From positions 11,559-75,558 of the forward strand of contig NW_021833297.1 of the NCBI RefSeq assembly GCF_006345805.1: a DNA stretch of 64,000 nucleotides. Reading direction: 5' to 3'. Numbering within the stretch: the stretch's first letter is position 1; the number at the start of each line of letters is the position of its first letter. Positions 42,579-53,713 of this stretch are shown piece by piece. A program made the position numbers and the translations under genes. The notes below the pieces were generated by a model. It did not search any database. It saw only the letters and a list, made by a program, of their open reading frames with translations, and had not been told where the DNA came from. The DNA is from Octopus sinensis. Its lineage: Eukaryota.

Positions 42579-42798
42579 CAGTGCTTTTCAAACTTTTTGC
42601 TGGAGCGGAAACCCCAAGGAAACATTCCACTGGCTCGAGGAACCCCTGTGTAATAATTTAATTGTCTTATGCAAATATATCTGCACAGGAGAATTAAAAA
42701 TTACTGCCGATTTTAGCAGTTTTGTAACTTCTTGCGGAACCCCTGGACAGTACTGGCGGAACCCTAATGTTCAGCGGAACCCTGGTTGAAAACCACTG
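42579..42798. mobile_element. hAT (Charlie-like) MITE
   Basis: TIRs CAGTGCTTTTCAA.. / ..TTGAAAACCACTG with an exact 8-bp TSD CTCTAGTG (42571-42578, 42799-42806). Confidence 0.88.
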
Positions 42799-43354
42799 CT
42801 CTAGTGACTCATTGTGCTTCCTGTCTTCATATACTAGCACTTTGCATGGTGGATTGTATCATTCATATCGACTTTTCTCCTAACACAGCCATAATCCAAT
42901 ATTTGAAACCGTATTAAAAATAATAGAAAAATCATAACTAAATAATACTTCCAGATGTTGACACAAGACCAGCAACTTCGGAGTAGGAGATAAGTTGATT
43001 ACATCGACAATAGTACTCAACTGGTACTTATTTAATTAACCCCGAAAATATGAAAAGTAAAGTCAACCTTGGCGGAATATGAATTCAGAATAGAGCGACG
43101 GCGAAATGGCGCTAAACACTTTACCCTGCGCAAAAACGATTCTGTCAACTCGCCGCCTTATAAATTATAGTAGAATAATAAAAACAAAGACCATATTTGT
43201 TTAACGGCTTTATTTCATTCCGTGTCTACCTTTTCTTTAAAGATATGCATGTTTATTGATTTTCTTTATATCTTCTTTGTATCCCAAGCACCAGATGAGA
43301 GCGACTGTAGAAACACGGTAGTCTGCGTTAAAGAGAGGTCGCTTCATGTAACGT

Positions 43355-43656
43355 TCAGGAATAAAAGCGATCCATGCTACCACCTAGAAAAGAATTATGG
43401 AAGTTGCTGCCCAACGTTCCTCCATTGGCTTGGGCCAAAGCGATTCTCTGCGACTTCACACCTTCTCCCAGCATTTTATAGGAATTCGCCATCATCATGT
43501 ACGCTTTGAATTGATTGTACATAGATTTAGTCAGCAGTTCTTCTAGCATTTTCTTCTTGTTGTCATTTTTCGAGTCGGATTTTCCGCCATGTCCGCGATC
43601 CATACCGCTACGCCAAAAAGAATCTGGTCCATCGTTGTTCCATCTTTTGTCACCGT
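43355..43656 (-). CDS. Terminal coding exon, copy A (distal): (D)GDKRWNNDGPDSFWRSGMDRGHGGKSDSKNDNKKKMLEELLTKSMYNQFKAYMMMANSYKMLGEGVKSQRIALAQANGGTLGSNFHNSFLGGSMDRFYS*
   Basis: Same acceptor context (AG at 43658-43657), phase 1, open frame to TGA. Own AATAAA at 43257-43252 and 43214-43209. Differs from copy B only by substitutions and one 3-nt indel; 127 aa if joined to exon 1. Confidence 0.72.
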
Positions 43657-44080
43657 CTGTTAAATTTTATTGAAAAATACAATAATAATAATAATAATAA
43701 TAATTATAATAATAATAATAATAATAATAATGACAATAATAACAATAATAATAATAACAATAATAATAATAATAATAATAATAATATTGATGATGATCAT
43801 GATGATCATGATAATAAAATAATAATAATAATAATATAATAATAACGATTTCAAATTTTGGCCACAAGGGCTGATTGGTGGAAGGGATTAACTTGATTAC
43901 ATCGATGCTGGTTCGTTACGGTACTTATTGAATAAGTACCCCGAAAGGATGGAAAGCAAGGTCGACTTCGGCGGAATTTGAACTCAGAATACGCAGGCGG
44001 ACAAAATATCGCTAAGCATTTTGCCCGGTATGCTAACGATCCTATCAATTTGCTGTCTTAATAACAACAACAACAACAAC

Positions 44081-44137
<57 letters not shown>

Positions 44138-44512
44138 CCTTTTTACTAAAAGCACAATTTCTGAAATTTGGTAGAAGAGGACTAGTCTATTATATTGACC
44201 CCAGCGTTTCACTAGTATTTAATTTTTCGACCCTGAAAAGGTGTAAGGCAAAATCGACTTTGGTGTAATTTGAACTCAGAAAGTAGCGACGGGCGAAATG
44301 CCGGGAAATATTCTACCGACTCACCACCTTATAAATTAAATTTAAATAATAAAAACAAAGAGCATGAATATTTAACGGTTTTATTTCATTCCGTTTCTAC
44401 TTTTACTTTATAGATATGTATGTTTATTGATTTTCTTTACATCTTCCTTATATCCCAATCGACTACTGAAACACATTAGTCTGTGTCACAGGAATATGTC
44501 TTCATGTAACGT

Positions 44513-44811
44513 TTAGGAATAAAAGCGATCCATGCTACCACCTAGAAAAGAATTATGGAAGTTTCCGCCTAACGTTCCTCCATTGGCTTGGGCCAAAGCG
44601 ATTCTCTGCAACTTCACACTTTCTCCCAGCATTTTATAGGAATTCGCCATCATCATGTACGCTTTGAATTGAGCGTACATAGATTTAGTCAGCAGTTCTA
44701 GCATTTTCCTTTTATGGTAACTTTTCGATTCGGATTTTCTGCCGTGGTCACGGTCCATATCACTATGCCAAAAAGAACCTGGTCCATCGTTGTTCCATCT
44801 TTTGTCACCAT
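44513..44811 (-). CDS. Terminal coding exon, copy B (proximal): (D)GDKRWNNDGPGSFWHSDMDRDHGRKSESKSYHKRKMLELLTKSMYAQFKAYMMMANSYKMLGESVKLQRIALAQANGGTLGGNFHNSFLGGSMDRFYS*
   Basis: aatttaacAG acceptor at 44813-44812, phase 1, open frame to TAA. AATAAA signals at 44428-44423 and 44385-44380 followed by a GT/T-rich tract. Splicing to exon 1 gives 126 aa. Confidence 0.8.
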
Positions 44812-44838
44812 CTGTTAAATTTAATAATAATAATAATC

Positions 44839-44910
<72 letters not shown>

Positions 44911-44912
<2 letters not shown>

Positions 44913-45370
44913 GAGTGAGAGAGCAGTTCATGCCATCAAAGTGACACTGGGGTAAAATATACCAAGCCCAGTATACCCATCATGACTACCTGTCTGATAA
45001 GGGTACACTAGGCACTTGCATCACAACCATATGTGCGCGACATGGTGCTCTCATATCAAGATAAACAGCACATGACCTTGCAGGTGGGGCCCAGTTAGAA
45101 TTTTCTTCTGGTCAAGTAACCCATTCCGCTCAAAAGGTCCTTGAATAAGGGTGGTTTAAGGATGTTGAACGAAACACCCATGTTTCCAGAGGTGAATTAT
45201 TCAAACCCCAAAGAACCCATCTCAACACATGCCATGATGCTCCCCCACTACTTCTGCTCGTGATCAGAGATGCACATATCATCAGCCACTAAGGGACATG
45301 TTCAACTGGTTAAGGCCAAACAACTGACAAGCAAATCTGTGGTATTGAGCAGAATATTTACTGTAGCCCT
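44911..45370 (-). mobile_element. Second, 5'-truncated copy of the (TAA)n-embedded retroposon
   Basis: Colinear with 37890-38350; (TTA)n on both sides. Confidence 0.75.
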
Positions 45371-45380
45371 ATTATCATTA

Positions 45381-45434
<54 letters not shown>

Positions 45435-45570
45435 ATAATAATAATAATATAATGATAATAATATTAAAGGTGAAAAATTGAATAATAATTTGATTAATAT
45501 CAATTTAAAACCAGTGGTGTAGCATATAGAAAATTCTGAAGATTCACAAAAATTATATTACATACATATA

Positions 45571-45782
45571 AGGTGAATGACCTGTAAGTGGACATCCATT
45601 ACGCTAGAAGAAGATCCGCTTTGGCCTTACCACAAAGAAAGGAATGTTCTCAAGAAAATTTAGCAAATGCCTTCTAGCGTTTGGTATATTTTCTTGAGAA
45701 CATTCTTTTCTTAGTGGTAAGACCATAGGGGGTCGACGGTCGACTTCTAGCATATGGATGTCCATATAGTGGTCATCCCTCT
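45571..45782. mobile_element. Fold-back/MITE-like palindromic element
   Basis: Long imperfect arms (e.g. ggacatccattacgctagaag / cttctagcatatggatgtcc; cttaccac..gttctcaagaaaat / attttcttgagaac..gtggtaag), flanked by TA. Confidence 0.6.
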
Positions 45783-46003
45783 TATATATATGTATAGGGG
45801 GAATTCACGAAAAACAAAAGACGAAGACAGGTGTTATAGAAAACAAATAGATGTATTAGTATAACGCTCAGGAATTGAAAAAAGTCTTTAACGTTTCGAG
45901 CCTACGCTCTCCCACAGAAAGTAACAATGAGAGAAACAAAGAGACAAAAAATGTGGGTAGTGGCTACCGATCTATCATGGCGAATATATATATATACATA
46001 CAT

Positions 46004-46062
<59 letters not shown>

Positions 46063-46501
46063 ATATATACATGGTTCAAAGGTACAGAAGACAAAAGACA
46101 AAGACAGGTGAGGGAACAATAAGTAGCTAAATCAGTTTGACTGAAGCGAGAAATGGAAGGGTCTTTGACTCTTCGACGCTGCGCTCTTCATTAGAAAGCG
46201 ACGAGGGGAAATAGAGAGAAAAAAAAACAGCGCAGGGAGAAAAAATGCGTCGGGCTTAAAGGTTAGGCATGCTGGAATGCTGAACAGAAGACAAAAGAGA
46301 GAAAATAGCAAATTTATTAACTTATGAAATGTATACGAACTTTGAAAGTTCGAAAAGTTCAGAGGGTACAAGAAGTGGTAGATTTGTATATTTATCAACA
46401 ACAATATATATATATGTAGATATATGTGCGTGTGTGTGCGTGTATACATATATATGTTTATATACATGCATATATATACATATATACGTATGTGTATGTA
46501 T

Positions 46502-46548
<47 letters not shown>

Positions 46549-46586
46549 TATATATATATATATAATATATATATATAATATATATA

Positions 46587-46639
<53 letters not shown>

Positions 46640-46653
46640 CATACATACATAAT

Positions 46654-49600
46654 GTTCGTCCTTCGGTTCGAAGATGACCAACTGACATCATCTGATGGAA
46701 CTGCCGCCATGAGACCGGAGGTGGCTGGTGAGGCCAATCCGGGCAAGGAAGCCCCTCCCACAGGTGGGGCAGAAGTGGGTAGGGGCCGTGCTACTGGTGC
46801 AGGCGGCTCTGGCTTTACGCATCTGACGTTTCTGCTCCGCTGACCGAATCCGTCCCTCCTCGGCTGTCCCTGCTCCCACGGTGATTGCGCTGCGCCAGGA
46901 TGAGCGGTTGGCAGCAAGTGTCTCCCAGGTCTCTGTTCCGATGGAGAAGTCTTTGAGAGAGACCTTGAGACTATCCTTGTAGCGCTTCTTCTGCCCTCTG
47001 ACTTTGCGCCTGCCCTGGCCGAGTTCACCGTAGAAGAGCTGTTTTGGGATGCGAGTGTCGGACATGCGGGAGACGTGGCCCGCCCATCTCAGCTGGGCCT
47101 TGCGCATGATTGTGATGGTGCTAGGGAGATCTGCCTGCTTCAGAACTTCCGTGTCTGGGACTTTGTCCTGCCAGCGGATGTGAAGGAGGTTCCGAAGACA
47201 CCTGAGATGGAAGTGGTTTATCTGGCGCTCGTGCCTTCGGTAAGCAGTCCACGTCTCGCAGCCGTATAGTAGGGTGGTAAGCACGACTACCCGGTAGACT
47301 TTCAGCTTGGTGTTGAGGCTGATTCCTCTCCGCTCCCAGACTTTCTTTCGCAGTCTCCCAAACGCGCTGCTTGCCTTGGAGATTCTGTTGGTGGTTTCAG
47401 CATCTATGTTGGCATTGCAGGAGAGAGTGCTGCCCAGGTAGGTGAAGTTTTCCACCACTCGTAGGATCCGTCCGTTCACCCTTATCTGAGGCTCATGGTA
47501 TTGTTTGTCGGGGGCTGGCTGAAACATCACTTCGGTTTTCTTGGCACTGATGGTGAGACCGAAGTTGTCACAGGCTGATGAGAACCTGTCCATCTCGAGC
47601 TGCATCTCCTGCTCATCGATTGCATTAAGGGCGCAGTCGTCAGCAAAGAGAAAGTCTCTGACGACTGTCTCCCTCACCTTTGTGACAGCCTGCAATCTTC
47701 TGGAGTTGAAAAGTTTCCCGTCTGTCCTGTACTTGATGTCGATACCGGACTTGCAGTCCCTAAAGGCGTCGGACAGCATTGCCGAGAACATGATGCTGAA
47801 CAGTGTTGGGGCCAGGACACAGCCCTGCCTGACTCCGTTGGTCACCTGGAAGGCTTCAGATGAGTTGCCGTCTTCAAGGACTCTGGCTGTCATTCCGTCG
47901 TGGAACTGGCGGACAATTGCAATAAATTTGCTGGGGCAACCAAATTTTCCCATGACCTTCCATAGTCCCTCCCGACTGACTGTATCAAAGGCCTTGGTGA
48001 GGTCAACAAAGGTCATGCAGAGGTCAAGGTGCTGCTCCATGCATTTCTCTGGAGCTGGCGAGCGGCGAATATCATGTCAGTGGTCCCTCGACCCGCGCGA
48101 AGCCACACTGGCTCTCAGGGAGAAGGTCTTGCTCCAAGTGTTCCAGAAGGCGGTCAAGCAGGACCCGGGCCAGATCTTGCCTGCTATGGACAAGAGGGAG
48201 ATACCTCGGTGGTTGTCGCAGGACTGCCGATCTCCTTTCCGCTTATAAATGTGGACGATTGTTGCGTCCCGTAAATCTTGAGGGAGTTGTTCCCTGTCCC
48301 ACATCGACTGGAACAGGCTGGTGAGCTGACTGATCATGGTGGGGCCGCCCGACTTGAACACCTCTGCAGGGATGGCGTCAGAGCCTGGAGCTTTGCCGGT
48401 GGACATTTTTTTGATGGCTCTGCTCACTTCCTCGACTGCAGGGGGAACAGCCAACTCGTGGTCTGTCGGCACCTTGGGGAGTCGTGCGATGGCTTCCTCG
48501 TTGATCTGGGCTGGTCGGTTGAGCACGATGTTGAAATGCTCCGCCCATCTCTCCAGAATCAGCCTCTTGTTAGTCAGGAGTGAGGTTCCATCCGAGCTGA
48601 GCAGGGGGGTTGATCCAAAGGAGAACTGCGGTCCATAGACAGCTTTCAGCGCCTCGTAGAATTTCTTGGTGTCGTGTTTGTCTGCGTATCCCTGAATCTC
48701 ATCCGCCTTGGCGCTTAACCATGCGTCTTGCATGAGGCGGAGTTTAGCCTGGACTGTGCTGCGAATGTTGTTGAAAGCAGCCTTCTTTGCCGTGCAGGTG
48801 GTGTCATTTTGGTGAGCCCGCAGCAGACGGCGTTTCTCTTCCAGGAGCTTTTGGATTTCCTGGTCGTTTTCGTCGAACCAGTCCTGGTGGTTCCTCGTAA
48901 CTTGGCCCAGAGTTTCAAGGGCGATGAATGAACCGTGTCCCTGAATGATTCCCACTGCTCATCGATGCTGGACTGGTCACTCCGAATGTCCAACAGCTTG
49001 CTGTCCATACGTGACTGGAGATCTTGTGCAGTCAGCTGGTTCTTTAATTTCGTGATGTTAAGCTTCCTCGTCACTTTCTGACCCTGTGGTCTTCTCTTAG
49101 GTCGGATGTAGAAATCCATCCTGGAGATGATGAGCGATGGTCCGTCCAGCAGTCAGCTCCGCACATGGCTTTGACCAGTCTCACGTCCCGCCTGTCTTTC
49201 GCCCTGACGATGACGTAATCTATCAGATGCCAGTGTTTGGAGCGTGGATGCATCCATGATGTCTTGTTGCGTGTTGGCAGACGGAACAAGGTGTTGGCGA
49301 TGGTAAGATCATGAGAGGCACACGCACGCAGGATTAGCTGCCCGTTGCTGTTGCACTTTCCGATTCCTTGCTTTCCCAGTACGCGATGCCAGGCTTGGTG
49401 GTCAGTCCCGACACGGGCGTTAAAATCCCCAAGGAGGATGAGAACCTGTCCTTAACTTCTTCAGGGTTGGTCATGGTGGGGGCGTAAGCACTGATGATGG
49501 TCGCACTAGTCTTGTTTCCAAGTGGGAGCTGCATCTTCATCAGCCGATCGTTGATACCCTCGGGGGGGGGCTTTCCAGTTTACGCACGTGTACTGACTTA

Positions 49601-50558
49601 ATGGCAAAACCAACACCAGCCTCACGACGCTCTTCGCTGCTGCGACCACTCCAAAAGAAAGTGTAGCCGCCGCCTGTCTCTGTCAGCTGGCCTTTGTCCG
49701 CAAGGCGGGTCTCGCTCAGTGCTGCAATATCGACATTGTATCGGCTCAGTTCTCTGGCCACCAGGGCAGTTCGTCTCTCTGGTCTGTCCGCTTTGGTGTT
49801 GTCAAGCAGAGTTCTCACGTTCCAAGTTGCGAAAGTGAGCACCTTTGTTTGTTTTCTTCTTTCTTTGTTTCGACCGCTTGGAAAGGATCCCCGCCAGCCG
49901 CGGTTTGCTGACCAGGGTGAGGTGAGGCAGGCTATGTTTAGGGCAACCTTTTCTAGCCCCGTCCTCATGCTGGGGAGGCGAGCAGAGCGATCCTGAAGAG
50001 GGCTGCTCGGTCACTCAGGAGGCTGCCGGACTCCACTGCTGCCTCAGTTCAGTGAGGGGCGACCACATGTCCTGAGCCGCCTGTGTGTGGGTTCATGACT
50101 GCAGCTCCCAGTGTATCCTCACCTGCTACTTCGCCGTTTCCCCATCGCCACAGGACTTTGGGATGGTGTCATGACGTCATGATGTCGTGACATGCGTGTG
50201 AATTGGATTATAGTGAGGGTGACTTGCGAAGGATCAGCCTCACTCTCTCGTCCTGGTGCGCCGGATCCAGTGGCAAGACAAAGTCAAGACGACTGGGGGT
50301 AGACCAAGATGCAGGAGCTGCCGGAAGGTGGCACGCATGGCGCAATCCAACCTCCTTAGGGGCTCCACTCCGGATTTTGACTCGTGAGAGAGTTCCTCTG
50401 CCCTTTGACAGGTTTTGTTTTTAGTCCTGCTGGGTGTCCAAATCACCCTCCTCACCAAGAAATCTTGGTGGGGTTGCCAGTTTAGTCGCCAACGACCCGA
50501 CCATGTAATAGGTTGTACTGGGTTACATGTTACCAGTAGCTCCAAGCGGAGACCTGAC
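46654..50558 (-). mobile_element. Near-full-length RTE-clade (BovB-like) LINE, disrupted, intronic
   Basis: APE endonuclease motifs ([33 protein letters not shown]), RT (FVDLTKAFDTV, GVRQGCVLAPTLF, FLFADD), C-terminal [18 protein letters not shown]. About 590 bp 5'UTR. ORF is split by several frameshifts and an apparent deletion near 49440; flanked by (CATA)n. Confidence 0.95.
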
Positions 50559-50779
50559 ATAAACATACATACATACATACATACACACATACATGAAATA
50601 TATATATGCATATAGACGACGGGCTTCTTGCAGTTTGCGTCTACCAAATCCACTCTCAAGGCTTTGTCTCACCCGAGGCTATAGTAGAAGACACTTGCCC
50701 AAGGTGCCGCGCAGTGGAACTGAACCCGGAACCATGTAGTTGGTAAGCAAGCTACTTACCACAAAGTCACTCTTGCGCC

Positions 50780-50825
<46 letters not shown>

Positions 50826-50828
<3 letters not shown>

Positions 50829-51043
50829 CTTTACTGCCCAGAAGGGGCTAAACATAGAGGGGACAAACAAGGACAGACGAAGGGATTGAGTCGATTATAT
50901 CGCCCCCAGCGCTAAACTAGTACTTTATTTATCGACCCCGAAGGGATGAAAGGCAAAGTTGACCTCGCGGAATTTGAACTCAGAACGTAACGACAGACGA
51001 AATACCGCTAAGCATTTCGCCCGGCACGCTAACGTGTCTGCCA
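50826..51043 (-). mobile_element. tRNA-SINE family A (intronic)
   Basis: Reverse complement of the family A consensus. Confidence 0.8.
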
Positions 51044-51054
51044 TAGATAGATAA

Positions 51055-51119
<65 letters not shown>

Positions 51120-51147
51120 GAGATAGATAGATATATACATACATACG

Positions 51148-51180
<33 letters not shown>

Positions 51181-51433
51181 AAATATATATATTATACATT
51201 ACATTCTGCGGATTCTCGATAAGAAATTTGCTCCACCGTCTAATCATTTTCAGGTATTTATTGATATATGTGTGTGTATTTGTGTGGGCGCGTGTGTTTG
51301 TGTGTGGGTGTTTGTGTCTTTCTGTCTCTTTATCTGCCTGACTGTATGAATTATGCATCTAATTCTCTACTTGTGCTCTTGTGCATGTATATATATATAC
51401 ATATGTATTTGTGTGTGTGTGTCTGTGTGTGTT

Positions 51434-51488
<55 letters not shown>

Positions 51489-51610
51489 GTGTATGTATAT
51501 AACTATAGATATATATGTATGTATGTATGTATGTATTTATGTTTGCATGTATGTACATGTAAGCATATTGATACATCCTAACGCACATACAAACGGGAAA
51601 TATAACTTAC

Positions 51611-51692
51611 CGTATCCCCCTAAGAAGTCGAATGCTTCAGATGTCAGCACAGACGCAGCTAGAAAGCAGAACACAATGCTTAACGAGTTCAT
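51611..51692 (-). CDS. Coding exon 1 of an unnamed secreted peptide-precursor-like gene (signal peptide + FDFLGGY)
   Basis: ATG at 51692-51690; 27 codons MNSLSIVFCFLAASVLTSEAFDFLGGY plus 1 nt, then GTAAGT donor (51610). Hydrophobic core and S-E-A (-3/-1) cleavage pattern; TATA box about 75 nt upstream; phase-1 donor matches the acceptors at 44811/43656/63586. Confidence 0.85.
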
Positions 51693-51732
51693 ACTGAGAG
51701 CAGTGTTGATTGTATTCGAACCAATGGACGAA

Positions 51733-51890
51733 TGATGGATAACGATGCGATTATAACTGTATTTATAATAGTTACGCAATAATAGTTAGATTAAACAATA
51801 TTAGCAGGTAATTCCTGCTAGACAAAATATAGATATGATAATATATGCAGGAGATTAATCTCGGACAGGTGAGTCAACAAAGCAGATGGT
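51733..51890 (-). promoter_or_regulatory. Core promoter of the secreted-precursor gene
   Basis: TATAAATA (51767-51760) lies about 31-34 nt upstream of an Inr-like CCATCATTC (51738-51730). Nearby: palindrome TAGCAGG-taatt-CCTGCTA (51802-51820), palindrome GAGATTAATCTC (51851-51862), CAGGTG overlapping TGAGTCA (51866-51876) and CAGATG (51883-51888). Confidence 0.6.
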
Positions 51891-52446
51891 ACTTTGTTGG
51901 TAATGGAGTATATACAAACACGTTGATAGATCGGTTGGGAGAAGATTTGAAGAAAACAGACGATCAGATTGTAGTGGTTGGAGATTGAACAAAAACAGAC
52001 GATAAACAAAAAGGAAAGCGAACAATGGGGAAGGAGAAACGAGGACAAATTTAAGAGTGAAGGAGAGAAAAACTGAGGTTAGGGGACCACGGGAACTAAA
52101 GTCTTTTGTAAATAATATCCCATCATGTAGTTTAAATTGTAAATACAAAAAAAACTGTTCACGGCATTTAACATTATATACACTAATTGATAGTTACGGA
52201 TAATTTCTTCTGCTTATTTTTGTTTTAACTGGCATTGTTATATTTTGCTACATGTGTGAGGTAAATGATCCACGAGGGTTGCAGTTTGTTGCTGAATGTA
52301 GGTCGCAACAACTGAGTCATCTGCAAGTAAGGTGTCGCTGATAAGCGATTTGTAGATTTTGGTTTTTCGTTTTGACATTGAAAAAATTGTAAAGTCTATT
52401 TTCGGATCTAATGTACAGGTAAGCTCTCCCTCTCTCTCTCACACAC

Positions 52447-52514
<68 letters not shown>

Positions 52515-52877
52515 GCAATGCAAAGAACATAATGTAGGTGGTCCCGATGAAAGAGCAAGGTTCATCGGTCTGAAGAAGAAAAGCACCTTGAAACAGAACC
52601 CAGAATATTCTACATGACATGCGCACCATCGTTAATTATAGAATGGTGGTTGTCCACCAATTCATCTACTTTTGAGTTGACCATAAGTAATAACTGTAGC
52701 AACCTCCTGTTGGATATAGAAATCTATAACAGGATTAGGAATTCAACAGGGTTCGTCGGTTTCACTAAGAATGCAAACAGCAAGCTAAAGGTTATAAAAA
52801 CTAAACAGTAGTGAACAACAACATTACTGTTTGACCAGAAGCATCAAATAGTAAGGTGTGGATTTGGTTTCTTGGAA

Positions 52878-53250
52878 ACACTCCGTCGGTTACGACGATG
52901 AGGGTTCCGGTTGATCCGAATCAACGGAACAGCCTGCTCGTGAAATTAACGTGTAAGTGGCTGAGCACTCCACAGACACGTGTACCCATAACGTAGTTCT
53001 CGGGGATATTCAGCATGACACAAGAGTGACAAGGCGCGCCTTTTGAAATACAGGTACAACAAACAGGAAGTAGAGTGAGAGAAAGTTGTGGTGAAAGAGT
53101 ACAGCAGGGATCACCACCATCCCTTCCGGATACTCGTGGAGCTTTAGGTGTTTTCGCTCAATATACACTCACAACGCCCGGTCTGGGAATCGAAACCACG
53201 ATCCTACGACCGCGAGTCCGCTGCCCTAACCACTGGGCCATTGCGCCTCC
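52878..53250 (-). mobile_element. tRNA-SINE family C
   Basis: Reverse complement of the family C consensus. Confidence 0.88.
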
Positions 53251-53459
53251 TAAGGTTTACCTTCTGAGATTATCTGAGATTTTCTCACTGAATATTAAAT
53301 ATATTTTAGCAAATGACCAACACTATCACTATGACTCACATTGTCCTCTCCAGCATGTACACATTTCTTAGAAGTGCTTGGGTTACCTCAGGTGTATGGT
53401 GGATGGCTACGTGTCCAAAGACTTCCTCCGTGCAAAATGATAACAGGGAGAGCATGAAA

Positions 53460-53713
53460 ACACTGGGCAATCGCACCAAGTGAAGAGAGGCTCTTACAAC
53501 TGACACCAGGCATTGGCACCAAGCGTAGAGAGGCTCTTACATCTGACACTAGGCATTGGCACAAAGCGTAGAGAGGCTGTTACATCTGACACTAGGCATT
53601 GGCACCAAGCGTAGAGAGGCTGTTACATCTGACACTAGGCATTGGCACCAAGCGTAGAGAGGCTCTTACATCTGACACTAGGCATTGGCACCAAGCGTAG
53701 AGAGGCTCTTACA
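53460..53713. repeat. 43-bp minisatellite, about 5.3 full units plus a degenerate leading unit
   Basis: GAGAGGCTCTTACATCTGACACTAGGCATTGGCACCAAGCGTA starting at 53485, 53528, 53571, 53614, 53657 and 53700. Confidence 0.95.

Larger units (their letters stand above)
41690..44110 (+). repeat. Segmental duplication block, copy 1 (paralog of 61118-64000)
   Basis: Colinear order SINE tail - CORE SINE - (TG)n - mariner bit - hAT MITE - SINE - 3'UTR/terminal exon - (AAT)n - SINE, with shared diagnostic junctions. Confidence 0.9.

Noticed and set aside
43355-43603. Reflectin or FCAP assignment for the secreted protein
   Set aside because: It lacks the repeated M/FD-X5-MD-X5-MD reflectin motif and the tandem dibasic-flanked peptide copies of FCAP; similarity is limited to a few residues.
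46132-48638. Antisense and alternate-frame ORFs over the RTE element
   Set aside because: By-products of GC-rich LINE coding sequence; the 46132-47028 ORF also runs through (TA)n.
53460-53713. CRISPR-like regular repeat
   Set aside because: Units are contiguous with no unique spacers, there are no cas genes, and the context is eukaryotic.
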